Below are positions 35,458-46,863 of a stretch of 64,000 nucleotides of DNA, piece by piece. The translations under genes were made by a program, and so were the position numbers. The stretch's first letter is position 1; each line of letters starts with the position of its first letter. The DNA is taken from contig NC_092346.1 of assembly GCF_963676685.1 (NCBI RefSeq), forward strand, positions 55,428,001-55,492,000, written 5' to 3'. The DNA comes from Mytilus edulis. Its lineage: Eukaryota. The notes under the pieces were generated by a model that was given only the letters and a program-made list of their open reading frames with translations, ran no database searches and was not told the origin of the DNA.

Positions 35458-37917
35458 ATTAATATAAAAATGATGACTCCTTTACTATAGTTAATACACA
35501 ATTTTGCTTACACTTCAAACTTCGAGTGGGTATCTATTCATTATTTACTTGCCTTTGTTTTAAATGATTGTATCAGTCACACAGAAAGCTATTAAATGAA
35601 TTGTTTTGATTTTGAACAAAGAAACATATTCCCCACAGAGATATAACAATAGGTGTAACATGAGGCGACCTGGTGGTAATATTGTCAACACAAGGGACAT
35701 ATTGCGATATTTACATGTAATGGAACTTGGTTTCCTCTATATATAAAGCTTTGATACTTTGCTTTTTATAATACAAATCAAGTTTATCTAAGTAGCTTGG
35801 ATGAAAATTTTATGGAAATATTTGGATTAACAAGTGTATTTCTTGATGTCTTGTGTGCGTAATTAAAATGCTGCAATGCATGTGGGAAAGTAAATACGAT
35901 TTCATCAAAATGATTTCGAGATGATTTGGATATAAAACAACGTAAAATGTCTAGTATTCTTTACATAAGAATGAGGAAATTCACAGTACCAAAGTGATAC
36001 AGTAGATAAATATTTTTCTTTAATTGGATGTTATTTCTGGATTTCCACATAACGTTATGACTTTATTTGCATATTCTAGACATTTTTTAAAAAGGACCTA
36101 GTGCATGAAAAATAAATTTCAATTTCTCATATTTGTTATCTAGATTGTCAGGTGGTATATTTATTCTTTTTTTTTTATTCAATTCACTGTAGCTTTTATT
36201 TTCCTTTACATTATGAAGGGTTCACGTAAATGGGATCGCTAATTAGGTTTAAGTGAACAATGTACCTTAATAGGAAAGGACTTTGGTAATTTAATGAAAA
36301 CAGATAATTTATGTAAGCCCAAGCTGCATTTGGTTTGAATTTCGATCGAAAATGAACTTGGATCATAATGCAAACCTTATACAATGTATTTGAGCAAAAC
36401 TTTTTCTTCTGGTCATCATTTCAAAATTAATAAACGACTAAATAAACCAGGTAAAAGCTCAAAAATATTCTTCCCTTTCGACAAAATAGTCAGTTATACA
36501 CATTAGGATTTGGAATATCAATAGTGGAAACGATTCAAAATCAATGAAAGGAAGAATTCATTACTAATTATCATTACATGTATCTGTGATATGTTATTCT
36601 GCAGAAAACAATCAATTCAGTCATTAGACAATAGGATCAGTTGTTGAATAAAAAGCTGTTGCAAATGAAATCAAATATCAAATATACATTCTTACAGTAA
36701 ATGCTTAAATAAATAGAATCAAATGGTACTTTTTGTTGTTTTCCTTTTTTATTTGTTAATATTAGTTGGTCAATGTTAGCCTTGAGAAACGTCTGGTTGA
36801 GTACATGGCAAATGTCTACTTAAAGTTTACTGCTCCTTAATAAGGCAATAGTAGTATATCGTTGTAAATAACCTGCTTAAGAGGCTTTAGAGTCAAATTG
36901 ATTGACATTTCTAGATGGCTTTTCAGACTGAATGTGCAGGTTGCTGTCTAAATGAGTTTGCCATATGCAATCTTTACTTTCTATTTGTAATGAACTTCTT
37001 ATTTAAGTTAATCTACACATATATACAATCGGGCCCTTACTATATTCCTTTGGAAATGATTTACATTTTGATATACAGGCTCCGTTACGTTAGCTATATA
37101 GATGTCACTAGTATACGTTTTGATTATATTTAAAGTGACATAGAGATGTAGCAGGAGTAGTTTACTTATGTTCAGCCCATTTTGAATACACAAACAAAAA
37201 ATCTTTTAGTGTATCAATTGGATTTCTAAATTAAATGAAACCGGTGCGTTCAGATGGTTTGATTCTGTAATGCAGGACTACTCTGCAAAGTGAATCAAGA
37301 CTTACTTAGATAGTTCATACAAAATAAACTCATCATAGATATCAGGACTATTTTATATCTACGCCAGACGATCGGTTATTTTATTGATCACAGTACAATA
37401 CTGCTCATGGATTGAATACCGACAAACATGTTTCTAGTTAGTTGCAAAACATAGCAAATGATGACAGGGTATATGGTGTTTTTAAACGGAATGTAAAATC
37501 CAATTAAAGTGATATAGGAATAAGAAGATGTGGTATGATTGCCAATGAGACAAATCTCCATCCAAGTCACAATTTATAAAATAAAAACAGTATAGGTCTT
37601 CAACACGGAGCATATGCACACATATCGTCGACATTTTCCTGAGATTTACTCCAAACAGGGTCCGAAAGCTAAGATAACAGGATATCAGATAACCCAAACC
37701 TAATGTTTGAAGTTTCTTTATTACTATTAAACTTATTAGTAAGAGTAGAACATATGTATCATAGCCAACCCTTCTTCATTGAACAAACTTATCGATAAAA
37801 AGGAATATATATATTTTCCTTGGTATCTTTCTATCTTAAGTAACAACACAGTTATTAGCTACACTGCAAATTTAAGTGTTTCATTTAAAAACAAACTTTA
37901 ATAGCGTTCGTTTCCGT

Positions 37918-38082
37918 AAATAGTTATCAAAGGTATTAAAATTAGAATTTAATACGATAGACGCGCGTTTCGTCTTCAAAAGACTCATCAGTGACGATCA
38001 TATCAAAATAGTTATGAAAAACGTACAAAAATGAAGAGCATTGAGGATTCAAAATTCCAAATCATTTGCAAAATACTGCTTA
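37918..38082 (-). mobile_element. Hammerhead-bearing repeat (duplicate of 31362-31530)
   Basis: Reverse strand CTGATGAGTCTTTTGAAGACGAAACGCGCGTC at ~37959-37990. Confidence 0.7.
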
Positions 38083-38680
38083 GAAACGTTTCAAATGTCA
38101 ATAATAGGGTCACTGCTTCTATAAAAAAGACTACATTGCTGAAGACAGATGTGTTTCATTTTTCGAAGCTGTGATCCGATATATTTGCTTGCATTTATAA
38201 CTTATGACCTCTTATCGTGTGTAATACAACATGTGCCATAAGTGAAGCAGGAACTGAGTTTATCTTTGGACTTTAAAGTATTTATGCTGATAACTCTTTG
38301 ATAGTCTGCGTGTTATTTCTGAACTGCCAGATTTTTCTGTCTAAACTCAAGTTTTTTCTTAAAGGCATATGATTTTTTTGCTCACTTGTTTTTTTCTTTT
38401 TCTTTAAAGATTACTGTTAAAATTAATATAAAAGGTTGAGATCTTACTATGAACATCTTTTACATGATTTTCCCGGTTTCTTTGATCTATCTTTACATTG
38501 TGTATTTGATTCTATTAACATACCCGTAACACTTTATGCAACTAATGTGTTAACAGGGAAAAAAATAGTATTTGGTAGTTAGTTGAAATACAGAAAAGTT
38601 GTATGTGTTTGTCAACACTAGAACTAGCACTTACATTGTCTACAGTCTAGGTATATGATACTAAAAGTAAACAAAGTTGT

Positions 38681-38863
38681 CAACTATACACAGAAAACAA
38701 TGGCATAAATCAAACGATATCAATTTACACACCACAAGCAGTGAAATGATCATATAGGTAGAACTCCAGGGGGGGCTTATATGATCACATACATGCAAAT
38801 ATATAAACAATAGAATTTTCACTTTGCAGGAGATATTTTCAAACAAAAGAAGAAACAGAGCGA
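38681..38863 (+). promoter_or_regulatory. Orphan copy of the gene 4 upstream region
   Basis: Duplicate of 32129-32311. Confidence 0.7.
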
Positions 38864-40350
38864 TAAATCTAAATTTAGATACACAACGTTATGATTTCAG
38901 TTTTGCAAAACATAGAATTTTCTTTTTCGTTGTGCCATATACATATCAGTCGAAAATAAAGTTTAAAGGCTTCTGAAGCGGTTTTGTCCACAACAATTTA
39001 TCATGATTTTTAATAGACCCATTAACTTATGGTTAACCTGAGAAATGTGAGATAAGATCTAAGCATACCAATGTCATTAGAAGTACCATAAGGTGAACAC
39101 AGACAGACGAAAGACTGAAATCAGTCGGATAAATATAACCTGAGATTATCTCCATTATATGAGAGAGTTTGTCTTATTAAGTATCTAGTTTTCTATGTAG
39201 TATTTAGTTGAGTTTTTTAATTGTTGTATTTTTTTATATGGTCTTGTCAGCTCTCATCATTGTATGAGAAAATTTAAAAATCACAAATAAACTCCAAGAA
39301 AAATTCAAAACGAAGGTCTTTAATCAAATGACAAAATCATAAGATAAAACACATTGAACGAATGGATAACAACTGTTATATTCCTGACTTGGTACACACA
39401 TTTGTTTATGTAGAAAATTGTGGATTGAACCTGGTTTTATAGCTTGCTAAACCTCTCACTTCTATAACAGTCGCATCAAATAATGAGAGTTTAATACACC
39501 TTCAGTATCTTCTTCATCTGTATTTTTTCTGATATATGAATATTTGACATGTGTTGGATGTGAACTGAGTAATTTATCCACACATTAACACAACTAGTGG
39601 ATCTCGTCTATAATAACAGAGAACACCTAAGTTAACCATAACCTGAATTGTTTTTGTTTTATTATATTGGGTTTGGAATATTGCATGTTTTTCGTGGGTT
39701 TTTTTATGACCTCCGACCGTTTTTAATGCTTCTCCTTCAACAAGTAGTTGTATCCCATTTATACGTTTTTAATTGCTTTTAAATAAAAATCAAAGTTTTT
39801 CCCATTAACATTGATGTTTTGTTTCAATATGAAAACATTTCAATGATTTTCGTCCATAATGTTACTGACTGTAACAACCTTTCGTTCCTTTCAATGTATT
39901 ATGAGGGATATAGCAAACAAAATACATATTTTTCATATAAAATAATTTAATTTCATAACATAAATCACTGTTATCATTTTACAATAATTAACAATAATAA
40001 TTTGTGTCTTTTCATCACTTAAGTTTTTTCTTCAAATTCATCATCATGACTAATTTGATATTGTTTTTCAATGAATTATTTCGTTTCTCATTAAGTTCAA
40101 ACTGGTGACTGATTTCACATTGTTTTTGTAAGTTCGTGTCCTTGCCCATCACCGGCACTACTTCTTCTTCGTCTCACAATCACTGTAATTCGACAGCAGC
40201 ATTTTAATCCATCGTAGGAATGTACACCAGTGGCACATTCCATCTCCAACTACTTCTATCTCAAAGTCTTTTGGTAGCAAAAGGTTTTGCTATTCTTAAC
40301 ACAAGATGTGTTTAGTAAATGTTTATCTCCGGGCAGAAATAAGTTCAAGT

Positions 40351-40899
40351 TCATCGTGCGAAAACACGTTTAAGCACATTGGTTTTCTTTTTTCTATATC
40401 TAATAGCGGCGCAGACGACACTTTTGAAGACATTCTTTACTCCTTCATTTGTAGCAGCAGAACATTTATTGTAATATTCAGCATTTATTGATTTCATAAA
40501 GTTTTGTCCTTCAGCGTCTGATACATGGTCGGTATTGTTCTCATCACGTTTGTCACTATGTGTAGCGACTAAAACAATTGGTTTCTTCTTATTGAGTTTT
40601 CTGACCATTGGAATCCAAAACGATTTGACGTTTTCAAATGATTCTTTGTCAACTGCGCTGTAGCATACCACAATGACGTCAGCTTCTGTTATTGTTTTGC
40701 ATCTTGCTGATTGATCTTCATAGATATTGACGCTGTATTTGTCACCGTAAGCAGACACAGATCCAGTTGTTGTTTCTGCAACTGTAGCAACATATTGTTC
40801 AGCGAACTGGCTTCCAGCAAATCCTTTAGCAAGGCATGTCTTGCCTACCATTCCATCACCAACAACGGCACAGGAAACAGTGTTCTCGTAGCAAACCAT
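40351..40899 (-). CDS. Gene 7: intronless Rho-like pseudo-GTPase (182 aa)
   Basis: Intact ORF; TATA 40981-40987. Confidence 0.92.
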   Translation of the reverse strand: MVCYENTVSCAVVGDGMVGKTCLAKGFAGSQFAEQYVATVAETTTGSVSAYGDKYSVNIYEDQSARCKTITEADVIVVCYSAVDKESFENVKSFWIPMVRKLNKKKPIVLVATHSDKRDENNTDHVSDAEGQNFMKSINAEYYNKCSAATNEGVKNVFKSVVCAAIRYRKKKTNVLKRVFAR

Positions 40900-41887
40900 T
40901 TTTTGAATTTCTGTTTTAAATCTTTAAACGTGAAATAAGCAAGTACAAAAGTGATATGCCAAATGTAAAATCTTCACCCCTTTTATAGATCCCCAGTCGT
41001 TTGCCTGGATAAATCCATTGTTTATAAAGATCTCCTACTAAGTGAAGATTCTATTGTTTAAAAATGACAACTCTGTGTAATCAAATATACCCCCAAGTGT
41101 TTAAACCTTGAAACCTCTCTCACTGCTTGTGGCTGAAATATAAAACTTTTTATTGTTTTATTTTTAGCAATTTGGTATTGCAATTTTAGCTAAAAGGAAA
41201 CAACTCTTTGTTATTGAACATTATGATTTTGTCTCGTTTAATTTGTTTTGATATTTGATAGTTCGTCAATTCGATGCAGAAAAAAACCCATAGTACATAC
41301 ATGATACAGAAAAATGGTGGTACTTTTAGAAAATAGAACATTGTTGACGACAGATTTTTTGTAGCCATGATCCCATATATTGTCCTGCATTGGTGACTTA
41401 TAATTCCAAAAATATTGTGTGCAATACTACATGCGGAATGAGTGAAGCAGGAACTCGTTATTTTTTGGGTTATGAAAGTTTTACAAATCTTAAGGTTATC
41501 TGATATTTTGTTACACCGTCATTTTTTTCTTTCTTTCTAAAACCATTTATACAAACATATGATTTTTACTGCTCACTTGCTATTTCCTAATTCTATTTCT
41601 CGTGTTGTTCTTTTGATTACTTAATACTGTCTACATAGATAATAAATTTTAAGAACTTACTATGAATATCTTAAAGGGGACATTTCTTGTTTCTTGAATG
41701 TCTTTCCATTGTGTATTTTGTTCTGATAACTTATATTTAACATATTGTACAACATGGTTTAACAAAAATAATATGTACTTAGCCGAAAGTTAAAAAAGAC
41801 AGAATTGTTATTTGTTTGTCAAAACTTGTATTAGTACTTAGATTGTCTTCATTGTAAATATATTATACTAAAAGTAAACAAAATTAT

Positions 41888-42125
41888 CACTTACACACAA
41901 CTAACAATGAAATAAATAAAACAATATCAATTTACACACCAAAAGCCGTGACATGGTCATATAGTATAACTCCAGGGGGCTAATACAATCACATACATAC
42001 GAATTTATAGACAATAGAATTGTCACTTTGCAGGAGATATTTGTCAAACAATAGAAGCAACAGAGCGATCCACCTATGTTCTGTAAGGGTCATCCAGCTG
42101 AAAATATCTCACAAAATATTTGTCG
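41888..42125 (+). promoter_or_regulatory. Orphan gene-4-type promoter with decayed TATA
   Basis: CTCCAGGGGG, TTGTCACTTTGCAGGAGAT, GAGCGATC then GTTCTGTAAGGG where gene 4 has GTTCTATAAAAG. Confidence 0.65.
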
Positions 42126-43334
42126 TTCTAATGCATTTTTTTGTAACATTTTATTTTCATTGAAATTTTGATACATCACATTATGATTTCAGTTTCCACA
42201 CTTCAAATTTTCTATTTCGGAGTGGCATATGGCTATCGGTCAAAATTAAAGTATGGTTGCTTCTAAGGAAGTTTTGTCCACAACAAAGATTTCATGATTT
42301 TGAACAGGCAACTTCACTGATTCTGACTTCAAGATAAGATGAAAGTATGCCAATGAAAATAGAATTGTCTCTAGAACCATGCTGGTACAGAAAGATGAAG
42401 GACTGATATAAGTGGGATACACATAACTCGAGATGACCCATGTTTTGGTGGAGTTTGTGTTGCTCGGTCTTTTTTTCTATGTCATTCTTTGATAACTAGT
42501 TTGTCTTTTTGTCGTTTGTTCTTTTTAGCCATGACGATGCTAGTTTCTTAAGTGTTTTATATCCGCTTCGCATCTTCTATCTCTTTTTGGTTATGCCTTA
42601 TATGTGAACATTTGTCATAGGTGTTGAAACAAATTGCAATATTTTATAATATGTGTTGATAATGTACAGAACAAATAAATCGAACGTTATAAAACGAGTG
42701 GACATTGACCGGGAATTGCTTAACCAATTGGAGCACAAACATTTTAAACATTGTATCCGCAACCTGTATTTTACTTTGTGATTTTTTTATGTACTTTGTT
42801 TTTGTTGTTTCGTCTTTTTTTATGAGTGTTCATTGTGTTGTATCCAGTAATATTGTTGTTTTGTTTCAATTGGTATACTTTCCATCGATTTGTATCAAAA
42901 GCTTACTGACTGTAAGAACTGTTACATGTCATCCCTGTAGTATATCATAAGTAAATGGTTAACACAACAAATCATTTTCATGTAAGATAATTTATTCAAA
43001 CAACAAAAATTAAAGTAATACAATAATATACAAGTATTGGTTGTGTCTTTTCAACATATAAGTTTTTTTCTCTTAAAGTTTATCATCGTAATTAATTTCA
43101 CATTGTTTTTGTAACTGTTTGTCCTTGAACATCACCGGCACCACTTATTCTCCATCTCAATCACTGTAATTCGACAGCAGTATTTCAATCCGTCTTTGGA
43201 ATGTACACCAGTGGTACATTCCATCTCCAACTCCTTCTTTCTCAAAGTCATTTGACAGCAAGTATTTTGCTATTTGGACACATTTGAAGATGTGTAAAGT
43301 ATAGGTTTATCTCCGGGCAGAGATAAGTTCAAGT

Positions 43335-43883
43335 TCATCGTGCGAAAATACGTTTAAGCACATTGGTTTTCTTTTTTCTATATCTAATAGCGGCGCAGAC
43401 GACACTTTCGAAGACATTCTTTACTCCCTCATTTGTAGCAGCAGAACATTTATTGTAATAGTCAGCATTTATTGATTTCATAAAGTTTTGTCCTTCAGCG
43501 TCTGATACATGGTCGGTATTGTTCTCATCACGCATGTCACTATGTGTAGCGACTAAAACAATTGGTTTCTTCTTATTTATTTTTCTGACCATTGGAATCC
43601 AAAACGATTTGACGTTTTCAAATGATTCTTTGTCAACTGTACTGTAGCATACAACAATGACGTCAGCTTCTGTTATTGTTTTGCATCTTGCTGATTGATC
43701 TTCATAGATATTGACGCTGTATCTGTCACCGTAAGCAGACACAGATCCAGTTGTTGTTTCTGCAACCGTAGCAACATATTTGTCTGAGAATTGGTTTCCA
43801 GCAAATCTTTTAGCAAGGCATGTCTTGCCTACCATTCCATCACCAACAATGGCACAGGAAACAGTGTTCTCGTAGCAAACCAT
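43335..43883 (-). CDS. Gene 8: intronless Rho-like pseudo-GTPase (182 aa)
   Basis: Intact ORF; TATA 43965-43971. Confidence 0.92.
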   Translation of the reverse strand: MVCYENTVSCAIVGDGMVGKTCLAKRFAGNQFSDKYVATVAETTTGSVSAYGDRYSVNIYEDQSARCKTITEADVIVVCYSTVDKESFENVKSFWIPMVRKINKKKPIVLVATHSDMRDENNTDHVSDAEGQNFMKSINADYYNKCSAATNEGVKNVFESVVCAAIRYRKKKTNVLKRIFAR

Positions 43884-44877
43884 GTTTTCAATTTCTGTTT
43901 TAAATCTTTAAACGTGCAATAAGTCAGTAGAAAAGTGTTATGCCAAATGTAAAATCTTCAGCCCTTTTATAGATCCCGAGTCGTTTGCCTGGATAAATCC
44001 ATTGTTTATAAAGATCTCCTACTAAGAGAAGATTCTATTGTTTATAAATGACAACCCTGTGTGATCAAATTTACCCCCAAGTGTTTCAACCTTGAAACCT
44101 CTCTCACTGCTTGTGGCTGAAATATGAAACGTTTTATTGTTTTATTTTTAGCAATTTGGTATTGCAATTTTAGCTAAAAGGAAACAATTCTTTGTTATTA
44201 AACATTAAGATTTTGTCTCGTTTTATTTGTTTTGATATTTGATAGTTCGTAAATTCGATGCAGAAAAACCCATAGTACATACATGATACAGAAAAATGGT
44301 GGTACTTTTAGAAAATAGTACATTGTTGACGACAGATCTACTCTATCTTTTGTAGCCATGATCCCATATATTGTCCTGCATTGGTGACTTATAATTCCAT
44401 AAATATTGTGTGCAATACTACATGCGGAATGAGTGAAGCAGGAACTCGTTATTTTTTGGGTTATGAAAGTTTTACAAATCTTAAGGTTATCTGATATTGT
44501 GTTACACCGTCATTTTTTTCTTTCTTTCTAAAACCATTTATACAAACATATGATTTTTACTGCTCACTTGCTATTTCCTAATTCTATTTCTCGTGTTGTT
44601 CTTTTGATTACTTAATACTGTCTACATAGATAATAAATTTTAAGAACTTACTATGAATATCTTAAAGGGGACATTTCTTGTTTCTTGAATGTCTTTCCAT
44701 TGTGTATTTTGTTCTGATAACTTATATTTAACATATTGTACAACATGGTTTAACAAAAATAATATGTACTTAGCCGAAAGTTAAAAAAGACAGAATTGTT
44801 ATTTGTTTGTCAAAACTTGTACTAGTACTTAGATTGTCTTCATTGTAAATATATTATACTAAAAGTAAACAAAATTA

Positions 44878-45115
44878 TCACTTACACACAACTAACAATG
44901 AAATAAATAAAACAATATCAATTTACACACCAAAAGCCGTGACATGGTCATATAGTATAACTCCAGGGGGCTAATACAATCACATACATACGAATTTATA
45001 GACAATAGAATTGTCACTTAGCAGGAGATATTTGTCAAACAATAGAAGCAACAGAGCGATCCACCTATGTTCTGTAAGGGTCATCCAGCTGAAAATATCT
45101 CACAAAATATTTGTC
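44878..45115 (+). promoter_or_regulatory. Orphan gene-4-type promoter with decayed TATA
   Basis: Duplicate of 41888-42125. Confidence 0.65.
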
Positions 45116-46314
45116 GTTCTAATGCATTTTTTTGTAACATTTTATTTTCATTGAAATTTTGATACATCACATTATGATTTCAGTTTCCACACTTCAAATT
45201 TTCTATTTCGGAGTGGCATATGGCTATCGGTCAAAATTAAAGTATGGTTGCTTCTAAGGAGGTTTTGTCCACAACAAAGATTTCATGATTTTGAACAGGC
45301 AACTTCACTGATTCTGACTTCAAGATAAGATGAAAGTATGCCAATGACAATAGAATTGTCTCTAGAACCATGCTGGTACAGAAAGATGAAGGACTGATAT
45401 AAGTGGGATACACATAACTCGAGATGACCCATGTTTTGGTGGAGTTTGTGTTGCTCGGTCTTTTTTTCTATGTCATTCTTTGATAACTAGTTTGTCTTTT
45501 TGTCGTTTGTTCTTTTTAGCCATGACGATGCCAGTTTCTTAAGTGTTTTATATCCGCTTCGCATCTTCTATCTCTTTTTGGTTATGCCTTATATGTGAAC
45601 ATTTGTCATAGGTGTTGAAACAAATTGCAATATTTTATAATATGTGTTGATAATGTTCAGAACAAATAAATCGAACGTTATAAAACGGGTGGACATAGAC
45701 CGGGAATTGCTTAACCAATTAGAGCACAAACATTTTAAACATTGTATCCGCAACCTGTATTTTACTTTGTGATTTTTTATGTACTTTGTTTTCGTTTTTT
45801 TCATCTTTTTGTATGAGTTTTCATTTTGTTGTACCCAGTAAAATTGTTGTTTTGTTTCAATCGGTATATTTTTCTTCGATTTGTATCAAAAGCTTACTGA
45901 CTGTAAGAACTGTTACATGTCATCCCTTCAGTATATCAAAAGTAAAATGGTTAACAAAACAAATCATTTTCATGTAAGATAATTTATTCAAACAACATAA
46001 ATTAATGTTATACAATAATATACAAGTATTGGTTGTGTCTTTTCAACATATAAGTTTATTTCTCTTTAAGTTCATCATCGTAATTAATTTCACATTGTTT
46101 TTGTAAGTTCGTGTCCTTGAACATCACCAGATCCACTTATTCTCCATCTCAATCACTGTAATTCGACAGGTCTTTGGAATGTACACCAGTGGTACATTCC
46201 ACCTCCAACTACTTCTATCTCAAAAGTCTTTTTACAGCAAGTATTTTGCTATTTTTGACACATTTTAAGATGTGTAAAGTATAGGTTTATCTCCGGGCAG
46301 AGACAAGTTCAAGT

Positions 46315-46863
46315 TCATCGTGCGAAAACACGTTTAAGCACATTGGTTTTCTTTTTTCTGTATTTAATAGCGGCGCAGACGACACTTTCGAAGACATTCT
46401 TTACTCCTTCGTTTGTAGCAGCAGAACATTTATTGTAATAGTCAGCATTTATTGATTTCATAAAGTTTTGTCCTTCAGCGTCTGATACATGGTCGGTATT
46501 ATTCTCATCACGTTTGTCACTATGTGTAGCGACTAAAACAATTGGCTTCTTCTTATGGAGTTTTCTGACCATTGGAATCCAAAAGGATTTGACGTTTTCA
46601 AATGATTCTTTGTCAACTGCACTGTAGCATACAACAATGACGTCAGCTTCAGTTATTGTTTTGCATCTTGCTGATTGATCTTCATAGATATTGACGCTGT
46701 ATTTGTCACCGTAGGCAGACACAGATCCAGTTGATGTTTCTGCAACTGTAGCAACATATTGTTCAGCAAACTGGCTTCCAGCAAATCTTTTAGTAAGGCA
46801 TGTTTTGCCTACCATTCCATCACCAACAACGGCACAGGAAACAGTGTTCTCGTTGCAAACCAT
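46315..46863 (-). CDS. Gene 9: intronless Rho-like pseudo-GTPase (182 aa)
   Basis: Intact ORF; TATA 46950-46956; upstream region diverged but keeps CTCCAGGGG (47057-47066). Confidence 0.92.
   Translation of the reverse strand: MVCNENTVSCAVVGDGMVGKTCLTKRFAGSQFAEQYVATVAETSTGSVSAYGDKYSVNIYEDQSARCKTITEADVIVVCYSAVDKESFENVKSFWIPMVRKLHKKKPIVLVATHSDKRDENNTDHVSDAEGQNFMKSINADYYNKCSAATNEGVKNVFESVVCAAIKYRKKKTNVLKRVFAR

Larger units (their letters stand above)
27150..40290. repeat. Tandem segmental duplication, ~6.55-kb unit (~27150-33700 and ~33700-40290)
   Basis: Gene stops offset by 6546 and 6588 bp; intergenic DNA near-identical with scattered SNPs and indels (e.g. extra bases at ~37080-37098 and ~39615-39645); boundaries approximate. 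Confidence 0.9.
40900..46860. repeat. Tandem duplication, ~2.98-kb unit (~40900-43880 and ~43885-46860)
   Basis: Gene offsets 2984 and 2980 bp; spacers near-identical with small differences (e.g. extra bases at ~44337-44350). Confidence 0.9.

Noticed and set aside
28115-37697. Repeated small ORFs (28115/34661, 30836/37388, 36915)
   Set aside because: Mostly non-ATG starts or repeat-derived, no recognisable domain, duplicated passively with the 6.55-kb unit
24222-46863. Intronless copies as processed retrogenes
   Set aside because: They share upstream promoter DNA with intron-containing gene 3, show no poly(A) or TSD remnants, and the junction lacks exon codons
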